A stretch of 37,384 nt of DNA from an uncultured Gemmatimonadales bacterium (GTDB taxonomy: Bacteria; Gemmatimonadota; Gemmatimonadetes; Palauibacterales; Palauibacteraceae): contig CAWANJ010000005.1 in NCBI GenBank assembly GCA_963783385.1, positions 1 through 37,384 of the forward strand, written 5' to 3'. A program made the translations under genes and the position numbers. Each line of letters begins with the position of its first letter. Within the stretch, counting starts at the first letter, position 1. Positions 28,831-37,384 of this stretch are shown here, one piece after another. The notes below the pieces were generated by a model. The model had not been told where the DNA came from. It made no database searches and saw only the letters and a list, made by a program, of their open reading frames with translations.

Positions 28831-31800
28831 ATGCGCACGCGACGTATCGCCATCGTCCTCGCCGCCGCCCTCCCCCTCGTCTTCGCCGTGCCGCTGCGCT
28901 CCAGCGCTCAGCAGCCGGCCTCGCGGCGCGTCGACTACGGGAGCCTCGAGGCTCCGGCCTCCTTCGATTCGGCGCTCCTGGCCGGGCTCTCGTGGACGGA
29001 GATCGGGCCCAACCGCGGCGGCCGGTCGCTGGCGGTGGGCGGCAGCGCGGCCCGGCCGGACGAGTACTGGTTCGGCGCCACGGGCGGCGGCCTGTGGAAG
29101 ACCACCGACGGCGGCATCACCTGGAAGCCGGTCACCGACGGGAAAATCTCGAGCGCCTCGGTGGGCGCGGTGGCCGTGGCGCCCTCCAACCCGGACGTGG
29201 TCTACATCGGCATGGGCGAGGCGGCCCTGCGCGGCAGCATCACCCAGGGCGACGGCGTGTACCGTACCACCGACGGCGGCGAGACGTGGACGCACCTGGG
29301 GCTGGAGGACACGCAGACCATCGCCCGCATCCGGGTCGACCCGAAGGATCCGGACGTGGTGTACGTGGCGGCCCTGGGCCACCCCTACGGCCCGAACGCC
29401 GAGCGGGGCGTGTTCCGGTCCCGGGACGGCGGCAAGACCTGGAGGAAGGTCCTGTTCGTCTCCGACAGCGCGGGGGCGGTCGACCTGGCCATGGACCCCG
29501 AGGACCCGGGCACGCTGTACGCCGCCACCTGGCAGGTGTACCGGACGCCCTGGAAGATGTGGGACGGCGGGTCCCACTCCGGGCTGTGGAAGACCACCGA
29601 CGGCGGCGACCACTGGACAGAACTGACCGGGAACCCCGGGATGCCCTCCCGCCCCATCGGCCGAATCGGCGTCACCGTGTCGGGCACCGACCCCAACCGC
29701 GTGTGGGCCATCGTCGAGGCCGAAGACGGCGGACTGTTCCGCTCGGACGACGCGGGCGCCACGTGGACGCGGGTCAACAAGGAGCGGAAGATCCGCCAGC
29801 GCGCCTTCTACTTCAGCGACATCTTCGCCGACCCCGGCGACAGCACCACGATCTACGCCGGCAACGTGAGCTTCTTCCGGAGCCGGGACGGCGGCGTGAC
29901 CTTCAAGCGCGTCGACACGCCGCACGGGGACTACCACGCGCTGTGGATCGCCCCGAACGACCCGGACCGGATGATCGTCGGGAGCGACGGGGGCGGCTCG
30001 GTCACCACGAACGGCGGGAACAGCTGGACCCCGCTCGACGTCCCCACCGCGCAGTTCTACCACGTGGCGACCACCGGGGACTTCCCCTACCACGTTTGCG
30101 GCGCGCAGCAGGACAACTCGACCGCGTGCGTGCCCAGCGAGGACTGGGACAACATGCACGAGCCGGGAAGCCCCACCGGGAGCTGGATGTACGCGGTCGC
30201 CGGCGGTGAGAGCGGCTACGTGACGCCCAGCCTGAAGCACCGGGGCGTGTTCTACGCCGGCACCCAGGGCGCCATCATCACGCGCTACGACCGCGCCAAC
30301 GGACAGGTCCGGGACATCCAGCCCGACCCGCGCTTCTTCTCCGGAGAGCCCGCCTCGGCGCTGCGCGAGCGCTGGCAGTGGACCTTTCCGATCGTGATCG
30401 ACCCGATCGACTCGACCACGCTCTACATCGCCTCCCAGCACATCTGGCGCACGCGGGACGAGGGCCAGAGCTGGACGAAGGTGAGCCCCGACCTCACCTA
30501 CGCCGAGCCGAACACGCTCGGGAAGACGGGCGGCCCGATCACCATGGACATGAACGGGCCCGAGATCTACGCCGCCGTGTTCGCCATCGCCCCTTCCTAC
30601 CTGGAGGAGGGCACCATCTGGGCGGGCTCGGACGACGGCCGGGTGCAGATCACCCGGGACGGGGGCGCACACTGGACCGACGTCACGCCGCCGGACATGG
30701 AGAAGTTCACCCGCGTCAGCATCATCGACGCCTCGCGCCACGACCCGGGCACCGCCTACGTGGCGGCCAACCGCTACCAGATGGACGACCGGGGCTCCTT
30801 CCTGTGGAAGACGCACGACTACGGGAAGACGTGGACCCGGATCGGGAAGGACATTCGGGGCCCCACCCGGGTGATCCGCGAGGACCCGGTGAGGGCGGGC
30901 CTCCTGTACGTGGGCACCGAGCACGGCGTGTGGGTCTCCCCGGACGACGGAGCCCACTGGCAGCCGCTCCGGCCGGCCACGGCGGACACGGCCTCCTCGG
31001 GCGGGCTTCCCGACACGCCGGTCCGCGACCTGCTCGTGAAGGGGAGCGACCTGGTGCTGGGGACGCACGGGCGCGGCTTCTGGACCATGCACGACATCGG
31101 CCCCCTGCGGCAGACGACCCCGGCCGAGGCCGCCGAGCCCGTACACCTGTTCCAGCCGCCCGACGCGGTCCGCAGGACGCTGGGGAGCGGGAGCGGCGCC
31201 GGGACGGCCACCATCCAGTACCGGCTCGCCTCGCCGGCCGACTCGGTGACCGTGCAGATCCTGGACGCGGACGGGAAGGTGGTCCGGACATACGTGGGCC
31301 CCAAGGAGGAGGCGAAGCCGGACTCGACCGCCGAGAGCGCGTACGGCAGCCGCGAGCCGCCGGCGCCCACGGGCAAGGCCGGCCTGAACCGGTTCTCCTG
31401 GGACCTCCGCTACCCGGCGCCCACGAAGTTCCCCGGCCTGGTGATCTGGAACGGCACCACCCGAGGACCGCTGGCGCCCCCGGGCCGCTACCAGGTCCGG
31501 CTCACGGCCGACGGACACACGCAGACCCGGGGCTTCCGCCTGGCGATGGACCCCCGGCTGGTGGGCGTGACGGCGGCCGACCTCAGGGCCCAGTTCGAGC
31601 TGGCCACGAAGATCGCCGACGCCACCGACCTCGCCAACCGGGCCGTCCTGCAGGTGCGGGCGCTACGGAAGCAGCTGGTCGAGCGGCTGGCCCGAGTGAC
31701 GGGCCAGGACTCCCTCCTGGCCGCCGACACCACGGCTGGCGCCGGCGGCAAGGGAGAGGCGTGGGTCACCCGGCAGGAGGCCGAGGCGGCCATCGGGGCA

Positions 31801-32136
31801 GCCCGCGGCGCCGCGCCGAAGCTGGCCGACGCCGCCCGTGCCCTGGTCGAGAGCCAGGCCGACGTCGAGGAGGCCCTCTACCAGGTCCAGAACCGGGCCG
31901 TGGAGGATCCGCTCAACTTCCCGATCCGGCTCAACAACCGTCTGTCGGCGCTGCGCCGCAGCCTCGAAACGGGGAACGCACGGCCCACCGATGCCGAGGT
32001 GCGGGTGTACGGGGAGCTGAAGAAGGAGCTGGACGGCCACATCGCCGACCTGGACGCCACGCTGCGGAAGCCGCTGGCGGCCGTGAACGCGGCGCTGAAG
32101 GCGCGGGGCCGGGAGCCGATCTCGGCCACGCGGTGA
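28831..32136 (+). CDS. Secreted VPS10/sortilin-like BNR-repeat glycosyl hydrolase-like protein, 1101 aa
   Basis: Signal peptide; IGPNRGGRS, GGLWKTTDGG, many SxDGGxTW repeats, GAQQDNS, THGRGFW, GLNRFSWDLRY, NFPIRLNN. Confidence 0.9.
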   Translation: MRTRRIAIVLAAALPLVFAVPLRSSAQQPASRRVDYGSLEAPASFDSALLAGLSWTEIGPNRGGRSLAVGGSAARPDEYWFGATGGGLWKTTDGGITWKPVTDGKISSASVGAVAVAPSNPDVVYIGMGEAALRGSITQGDGVYRTTDGGETWTHLGLEDTQTIARIRVDPKDPDVVYVAALGHPYGPNAERGVFRSRDGGKTWRKVLFVSDSAGAVDLAMDPEDPGTLYAATWQVYRTPWKMWDGGSHSGLWKTTDGGDHWTELTGNPGMPSRPIGRIGVTVSGTDPNRVWAIVEAEDGGLFRSDDAGATWTRVNKERKIRQRAFYFSDIFADPGDSTTIYAGNVSFFRSRDGGVTFKRVDTPHGDYHALWIAPNDPDRMIVGSDGGGSVTTNGGNSWTPLDVPTAQFYHVATTGDFPYHVCGAQQDNSTACVPSEDWDNMHEPGSPTGSWMYAVAGGESGYVTPSLKHRGVFYAGTQGAIITRYDRANGQVRDIQPDPRFFSGEPASALRERWQWTFPIVIDPIDSTTLYIASQHIWRTRDEGQSWTKVSPDLTYAEPNTLGKTGGPITMDMNGPEIYAAVFAIAPSYLEEGTIWAGSDDGRVQITRDGGAHWTDVTPPDMEKFTRVSIIDASRHDPGTAYVAANRYQMDDRGSFLWKTHDYGKTWTRIGKDIRGPTRVIREDPVRAGLLYVGTEHGVWVSPDDGAHWQPLRPATADTASSGGLPDTPVRDLLVKGSDLVLGTHGRGFWTMHDIGPLRQTTPAEAAEPVHLFQPPDAVRRTLGSGSGAGTATIQYRLASPADSVTVQILDADGKVVRTYVGPKEEAKPDSTAESAYGSREPPAPTGKAGLNRFSWDLRYPAPTKFPGLVIWNGTTRGPLAPPGRYQVRLTADGHTQTRGFRLAMDPRLVGVTAADLRAQFELATKIADATDLANRAVLQVRALRKQLVERLARVTGQDSLLAADTTAGAGGKGEAWVTRQEAEAAIGAARGAAPKLADAARALVESQADVEEALYQVQNRAVEDPLNFPIRLNNRLSALRRSLETGNARPTDAEVRVYGELKKELDGHIADLDATLRKPLAAVNAALKARGREPISATR

Positions 32137-32216
32137 GATAGCGAAGCCCGGACGCGGCGGGCCGGGCGCCGGCGGGGGCGCCGGGCCCGAGCCCGTGCGC
32201 CCCCGCGACTTCACGC

Positions 32217-32984
32217 CTAGTGGTCGGCCACTCCGTCGTGGTTGTCGTCCTCGAAGGCGTGCATCGAATGCTCGATGTTGGCCGTCACGACGCCGTGGTT
32301 GGGCTGACCCCGGGTGGCCGTGGAGGGATCGATCAGGCTGCTGTCGGGCGCCACGAACCAGGTCGCGACGTCCACGTGCAGGGTGACGTTGGTGCCGGTC
32401 GAGGTGCCGTCCACCACGAGCGGCGGGTTGAGCTCGACCTCCTGCTCCGCGTCCAGGTGGGACGTGAAGGTGAACGGGTTGCCGTTGTAGGTCCCGACGA
32501 CGCGGATGGAGACGCTGTCGTAGTCCGGGTTCGCCTGCACGAAGGCCTGGTCGGCCGAGTCGGCGGTCGGGGCGCGTACCTGAAACTGGAGCCTGTCGTA
32601 GGTGCCGGCCGGCGCGTCCACGGACACGGCCTGGTCGACGGCCCCGTCCAGCGGGAGCGACACCAGCACCGGACCGGTCTCGAACTCCTCGCACCCGTCG
32701 CCCTCCGTCGGCGTCCCGGTGGTGGGACACGTGCCGTCCTGCGCCTTCATCTCGATCTTCCGCAGGACGACCATGGCGCTGTCGATCACCAGCGTCGTCG
32801 AGCCCTTCGTCTGCGTGAGGCTGAACGACGGACGCACGTCCGGCGTCACCGTCCCGCTGCTGCCAGTGGCCAGCGACAGCGTGACCGTCCCCGCTCCGTT
32901 CGGGCCCGTCGTGCCGCTGCAGCCCGCGGCCAGCGCGGCGATGCTCCCCGCACATACCACCGATCTCACGATACTCCGTCCCAT
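32217..32984 (-). CDS. Lipoprotein, DUF4382-like beta-rich domain
   Basis: GGAGG RBS, lipobox LAAGC, PAGTYD, acidic C-terminal FEDDNHDG. Confidence 0.72.
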   Translation of the reverse strand: MGRSIVRSVVCAGSIAALAAGCSGTTGPNGAGTVTLSLATGSSGTVTPDVRPSFSLTQTKGSTTLVIDSAMVVLRKIEMKAQDGTCPTTGTPTEGDGCEEFETGPVLVSLPLDGAVDQAVSVDAPAGTYDRLQFQVRAPTADSADQAFVQANPDYDSVSIRVVGTYNGNPFTFTSHLDAEQEVELNPPLVVDGTSTGTNVTLHVDVATWFVAPDSSLIDPSTATRGQPNHGVVTANIEHSMHAFEDDNHDGVADH

Positions 32985-33053
32985 GACCTTCCTCCGTCCG
33001 TGTCTACTATCCCCGGGTCCGGCATTCGCCGGGCGCCGAGCCGCATGGATGGG

Positions 33054-33068
33054 GCAAGCGGCGGGCCG
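33054..33068 (-). promoter_or_regulatory. Possible sigma54 promoter CGGCCCG-N4-TTGC
   Basis: GG-N10-GC spacing with TTGC, about 70 nt upstream of the lipoprotein ATG. Confidence 0.4.
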
Positions 33069-33412
33069 CGCGTGCGCGCGGGGCGCGGCGTGCTTTATGG
33101 CGGTGCGAGACAACGGAGTGAGGGCGACGGAGACAGTCCGGCGGGATCGCGCGGGTACGGTATACGGCGAAAAGAATGTCATCCGGCTGCAAGATTTCGG
33201 GGCGGCCCGCCACACGCGGAGGTCCGCGCACTCGCATGGGATCCGGACACGCTCAGACCCTCCCCGCACGCCCAGCATGGAACCTGCACGGGTCCCGGAC
33301 GGCGGCCGGCCCACGCGGATGGCCGCCCGCGACGACAGTATGGATCGCGCGTGCGGCCACCCAGGACGACGGGCTGGGCCATGCGCCCCCCACCCCGAAC
33401 ATTACCGAGGCC

Positions 33413-34480
33413 ATGCTCTTCGAACCGCTGACGTTCCGTTCCGTGACCCTCCGCAACCGCGTGGGGGTCTCCCCCATGTGCCAGTACTCGAGCGACGACG
33501 GCCACGCGACCGGCTGGCACCTGGTCCACCTGGGCTCGTTCGCCGTGGGCGGGGCCGGGCTGGTGATGACCGAGGCCACCGCCGTCCTCCCGGAGGGGAG
33601 GATCAGCCCGCAGGACCTGGGCATCTACCACGACGAGCACGTGCCCGTCCTGCGGAGGATCGCCGCGTTCGTGGAAGCGCACGGAGCCGTGCCGGGGATG
33701 CAGCTGGCGCACGCCGGGCGGAAGGCGAGCACGTACCGGCCGTGGGCCGGCAAGAGCGGCGCCGTCTCGGTCGAAGACGGAGGCTGGGAGAACGTGGTCG
33801 CGCCGAGCGCCCTCCCCTTCTCCGACGCCTACCCGAGACCGCACGCCCTGGACGAGGCCGGGCTGGTGCGCGTCGTCGACGGCTTCGTGGCCGCCGCCGA
33901 GCGGGCGCTCCTGGCCGGCTTCCGGCTCCTGGAGGTCCACGCCGCGCACGGCTACCTGCTGCACGAGTTCCTCTCGCCCCTCTCCAACCGGCGCGAGGAC
34001 CGCTACGGCGGCTCCTTCGAGCACCGGGTCGGCTTCCCGCTCCGGGTGGTGGAGGCGGTGCGGATCGCGTGGCCCGACGAGCTCCCGCTGTTCGTGCGCA
34101 TCTCGGCCACGGACTGGGCGGAGGGGGGCTGGGACGCGGACCAGTCGGTGGAGTTCGCGAAGCTCCTCCGGGAGCGGGGCGTGGACCTGGTGGACTGCTC
34201 CTCCGGCGGGCTCGTGCCTGGCGTGAAGATCCCGTTAGAACCCGGCTACCAGGTGCCCTTCGCCGAGCGAATGCGGCGGGAGGCGGGGATCCCGACGGGC
34301 GCCGTGGGCATGATCACCGACCCGGAGCAGGCCGAGGCCATCGTGGCCGACGGCCGGGCCGACATGGTGTTCCTGGCCCGCGAGCACCTGCGCCAGCCGC
34401 ACTGGGCCCTGCTGGCAGCCTCGGAGCTGGGGGCCGAGGTGGAGTGGCCGCCGCAATACGCCCGGGCGCGGCCGAGCTGA
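33413..34480 (+). CDS. namA: NADH:flavin oxidoreductase, old yellow enzyme YqjM/NamA subgroup
   Basis: LRNR..VSPMCQYS, EATAV.PEGRIS, QLAHAGRKAS, HAAHGYLLHEFLSP, PGYQVPFA, WPPQYAR. Confidence 0.9.
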   Translation: MLFEPLTFRSVTLRNRVGVSPMCQYSSDDGHATGWHLVHLGSFAVGGAGLVMTEATAVLPEGRISPQDLGIYHDEHVPVLRRIAAFVEAHGAVPGMQLAHAGRKASTYRPWAGKSGAVSVEDGGWENVVAPSALPFSDAYPRPHALDEAGLVRVVDGFVAAAERALLAGFRLLEVHAAHGYLLHEFLSPLSNRREDRYGGSFEHRVGFPLRVVEAVRIAWPDELPLFVRISATDWAEGGWDADQSVEFAKLLRERGVDLVDCSSGGLVPGVKIPLEPGYQVPFAERMRREAGIPTGAVGMITDPEQAEAIVADGRADMVFLAREHLRQPHWALLAASELGAEVEWPPQYARARPS

Positions 34481-34483
34481 GGG

Positions 34484-34939
34484 TCAGTTCTCCACCGCCC
34501 CCTGCCCCGCCCCGAGCTCCGGCTCGTCCCCTCGCACGCGGCCCGGGTCCAGCTCGAGGCGCGGCCACTCCACCACCTCGCCCCAGTCCCTGCGGCAGTC
34601 CGCCTCCCGGGTCGAGCGCGCGAACTCGACCCGGCGGCGGGTGTCCCGGGCGTGCCGCAGGAGGGCCTGGACGTCCACGCCCAGGTAGGAGGGAGCGTAG
34701 GGGGCCAGGGCTCCTTCGGCCTTCTCGACTTGCGCCACGATCCCGTGGGGGTTGCCGCGCCGGGCGTGCACGAAGGCGCTGGCGTACAGGATGAGGCCCT
34801 GGTAGAAGGCGCTCCCCGTCCGGCGCCAGGCCTCCTCCAGGACCTCGTGGCTCTCCCAGTACCGGCCCCTGTTCACCAGCTCCGCGAAGCGGACCAGGGC
34901 CGGGGGCGATAGGGAGCCCCCCCGGCCGCCGTCGGTCAC
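34484..34939 (-). CDS. DUF309 domain protein
   Basis: NRGRYWESHEVLEEAW..FYQGLI...AFVH..RGN..G, YLGVDV. Confidence 0.85.
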   Translation of the reverse strand: MTDGGRGGSLSPPALVRFAELVNRGRYWESHEVLEEAWRRTGSAFYQGLILYASAFVHARRGNPHGIVAQVEKAEGALAPYAPSYLGVDVQALLRHARDTRRRVEFARSTREADCRRDWGEVVEWPRLELDPGRVRGDEPELGAGQGAVEN

Positions 34940-34946
34940 GCGTCCG

Positions 34947-35513
34947 CTAGGACTTCCCCATCAGGTCCGCCGGGATCGGGTTGCCAGGGCGCTCGGAGTC
35001 CCACACGATCGACAGGATCCACCAGCGCTTCCCGTCGAAGTAAGTCTGGTAGATGTTGACGCCGCGGGCGACCGACCCGGTCTTGCGGACGTGGGTCTCG
35101 TAGCTGCTCACGACCGTCGCCACGTTCCCGAAGCGGTACGTCTTGTGGGCGATCTCGTGCTCCATGAAGCCGGTCGACACCAGGCCGGCGTCGTTGCGCT
35201 CCGCGTACTCCCGGGGCGTCGCCTTCTCCAGCACGATCTTCCCCGTCTTCGGGTCCACCTCGGCGGAGACGAAGTAGGCGTGCTCGTCGTACAGGGAGAG
35301 GTCGCGGCCCCACTGCCGCGGGACGCCGACGTCGCCGGAGATCGAGGCGAGGTCGGCGCGCACGAGCGCGTCGGGCGAGGCCACGTCCTCCGGCCGCGCC
35401 GCGACCGTCGGGATGTCCAGGTGCTTCGCGGCCTTCTCCTGCGCGCGGAGCGCGGGAGGCGCCGCCAGGAGTCCGGCCGTCGCGGCGATGCACAGCGCCC
35501 ATCGTGTCTTCAT
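34947..35513 (-). CDS. Secreted hypothetical protein, NTF2-like
   Basis: GAGGA RBS and signal peptide; DVASPD...ISG, GFMEHEI..FGNVATV.SSYE..RGVN..DGKRWWILSIVWDSE. Confidence 0.75.
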   Translation of the reverse strand: MKTRWALCIAATAGLLAAPPALRAQEKAAKHLDIPTVAARPEDVASPDALVRADLASISGDVGVPRQWGRDLSLYDEHAYFVSAEVDPKTGKIVLEKATPREYAERNDAGLVSTGFMEHEIAHKTYRFGNVATVVSSYETHVRKTGSVARGVNIYQTYFDGKRWWILSIVWDSERPGNPIPADLMGKS

Positions 35514-35572
35514 AGGTCCTCTCTGAACGTGAAGTGACCGCCCCGGCTGCGGGACGATAGGGTGCCGTCGGG

Positions 35573-36029
35573 CTAGTGGGCCCCGGCAGCCGCCGGACGC
35601 GCGTCGCCGGCACCGTAGATGTAGCCGACGACACCGCCGTACACGAGGTGTCCCAGCAGGCTGCCAGCGAGGAGCTCGACGTCTCCATGCGAGAACACGC
35701 CGGTGCCCGTAAACGGCGCGAAGATCAGCTGGGCCACGACGAACACCGCGCATCCGAACAGCATGCCGCGCACGAACGGAGTCCCGGGCAGCCGACCGTT
35801 GAGGTAGGCGGCGTAGATCAAGGCGAAAGAGCACCCCGACCACCACGTCGAGCAGCCAGCCACCGGCGGGTCCGACGGCCGTCACCGACGAGATCGCCGA
35901 CATGCTGCTGCTGAGGATCACTCCGATCGCGATCTTCGGAAGTCCAATGGCCGGCTCCACCAGGAGAAGGGCCGCCATCGACGCCGTCGCGATCACTCCC
36001 GCCGCCGCCGCGCGCTTCGTGTCCATCAT
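35573..36029 (-). CDS. Four-TM membrane protein (DUF6789/DUF2938-like); frameshift near 35828
   Basis: GGAGG RBS; AGVIAT..M, GWLL..VVGVLF/ALIYA, RGMLFG, SLLGHLVYG. Confidence 0.65.
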
Positions 36030-36176
36030 GCTACCTCCGCCCTGCGGGACCTGATATGAGGCTGGTGACTGTACGTAGCTACGGCCGGACCGCATCCGCA
36101 ACAAGGGCACGAGGATCCTCACGCTGATATCGTGGTCGGACCAGCGCACTCCAGGATTGCTCACCGAGGAGACGAA

Positions 36177-36911
36177 ATGACCGACGCGACGCCGCCCCGC
36201 TCCGCCAGCGAGCTCCGGCCCGTACGCTTCGAGCTCGGGGCCGCTCCCTTCGCGGAGGGCTCCTGCCTGATCGAGGCGGGCCGCACCCGCGTCCTGTGCG
36301 CCGCCACCGTCCAGGAGGCGTGCCGCCCTGGCGGGAGGGCCGCGGCGGTTGGGTGACCGGCGAGTACGCCATGCTCCCCCGCTCCACCTCGCAGCGCACC
36401 CCCCGGGAGCGGAGCGGCGCCGGGGGCCGGACCAAGGAGATCCAGCGCCTCATCGGCCGCTCCCTGCGGGCCGCCGTGGATCTGGACGCCCTCGGCGAGC
36501 GCACGGTGATCGTCGACTGCGACGTGCTCGCCGCCGACGGGGCGCGCGCACCGCCTCCATCACCGGCGGTGCCTGGCCCTGTGGCAGGCGCTGGAAGGCC
36601 TCGTGGTCTCGGAGCCGTGGAACGGAAGCCGCTGCACTCCCGGGTCGCCGCGATCAGCGTCGGGATCGTGGCGGCGAGCCGTGGCTGGACCTGGACTACG
36701 TTCGCGACGTAACGGCCGACGTCGACATGAACGTGGTGGCCCTCGAGGACGGCCGCCTGGTCGAGGTCCAGGGCACCGCCGAGGGCGCTCCGTTCGCGCG
36801 CGACCAGCTGGACGAACTCCTGGACCTGGCCCGTGCCGGGATCGAGGAGCTGCTGGAGATGCAGCGGGAGGTGATGGAGCGGGCGGGGTCTCCGACCGCG
36901 CCGGGCCGTGA
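36177..36911 (+). CDS. rph: Ribonuclease PH, about five frameshifts; exact end uncertain
   Basis: [93 protein letters not shown]. Confidence 0.9.
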
Positions 36912-37326
36912 ACAATCTGCTGCCTCTCGCGGCCGCCGCCTCGGCGCGGCCGCCTTCGTCGCCGTGTACCTCCCTTACCGCCGCAAGGCATCGAGCCTCG
37001 ACAGCGGATTCAAGGGCGACTTCCTGCCCCACACCCTTTCCTCAGCGCTTCCCCCGGAGTCGGTCATCGAGAAGATCCGCCGGTTCGCCGAGGAGAAGCG
37101 CACCTATCGCATCGCCGAGCTCCGCCCGCACGGAATCGTCCTCGAAGGGCCGCCGGGCTTCGCGAGCCCCGGCTACTACTTCCGCATCCGGGTCGCTCCC
37201 TCGACCTCCGGCGGCTCGCGCCTGCGAGTCGCCTACCGCCCCCGGCTCCCGTTCTACTGGGTCCACTGGGGAGCCAAACAGCAGCTGGCCCGGCTTCTGG
37301 AGACGCTGGAGGAGATCACGTCGTAG
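36908..37326 (+). CDS. Hypothetical protein with N-terminal TM helix; probable frameshift near 36940
   Basis: GTGA at 36908-36911 gives [11 protein letters not shown]; a different frame continues [16 protein letters not shown]...LEEITS with typical codon usage. Confidence 0.5.
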
Positions 37327-37384
37327 GGAGGCAGGCGAACGGCGGGGCGCGGGCTTCCCGTGGTCAGGCTCCCACGACGTCAGG

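Noticed and set aside
27280-32136. Apparent 1618-aa giant protein
   Set aside because: An artefact of the kinase frameshift running into the VPS10 gene, which has its own promoter, RBS and signal peptide at 28831.
2257-36911. Functional link between the NTase toxin and rph (RNase PH can counter MenT-type tRNA tailing)
   Set aside because: The genes are 33 kb apart and rph is a housekeeping gene; nothing in the sequence links them.
1-37384. CRISPR arrays, tRNA/rRNA genes, IS elements or prophage genes
   Set aside because: No regularly spaced direct repeats, cloverleaf or rRNA signatures, or transposase, integrase or phage motifs were seen by eye; a covariance-model scan was not possible.

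Overview
High-GC bacterial window, probably Gemmatimonadota (inferred from the Ser/Thr kinase with PD40 repeats, PadR plus ADOP permeases and the VPS10/BNR protein). I see no rRNA, tRNA, CRISPR array, integrase or transposase. Left to right: a secreted S9 peptidase; an AbiEii/MenT-like nucleotidyltransferase toxin with a small, apparently leaderless partner gene and a palindromic operator; a cupredoxin-like fragment and a PAL-type NHL-repeat lyase; a minus-strand module (53-aa coupled ORF, B12-binding radical SAM enzyme, degenerate CtaA-like protein with an in-frame TGA); an S41 peptidase; a DUF3037 remnant; and PadR with two ADOP permeases. An accessory stretch at about 15.7-25.9 kb follows, where intact secreted hydrolases alternate with internally deleted gene remnants (DUF6265, ECF sigma/membrane protein/YbjQ, alpha/beta hydrolase, NTF2-like, GT39-like). 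The right part holds a Ser/Thr kinase, a VPS10/BNR glycosyl hydrolase-like protein, a lipoprotein, an old yellow enzyme, DUF309, two hypothetical proteins and rph. A recurrent (T/C)(G/A)CAACC-N16-C(G/A)T motif suggests an ECF-sigma regulon. Many single-base frameshifts, about five in rph alone, point to long-read indel errors. All family calls are by motif recognition only; no database search was run.
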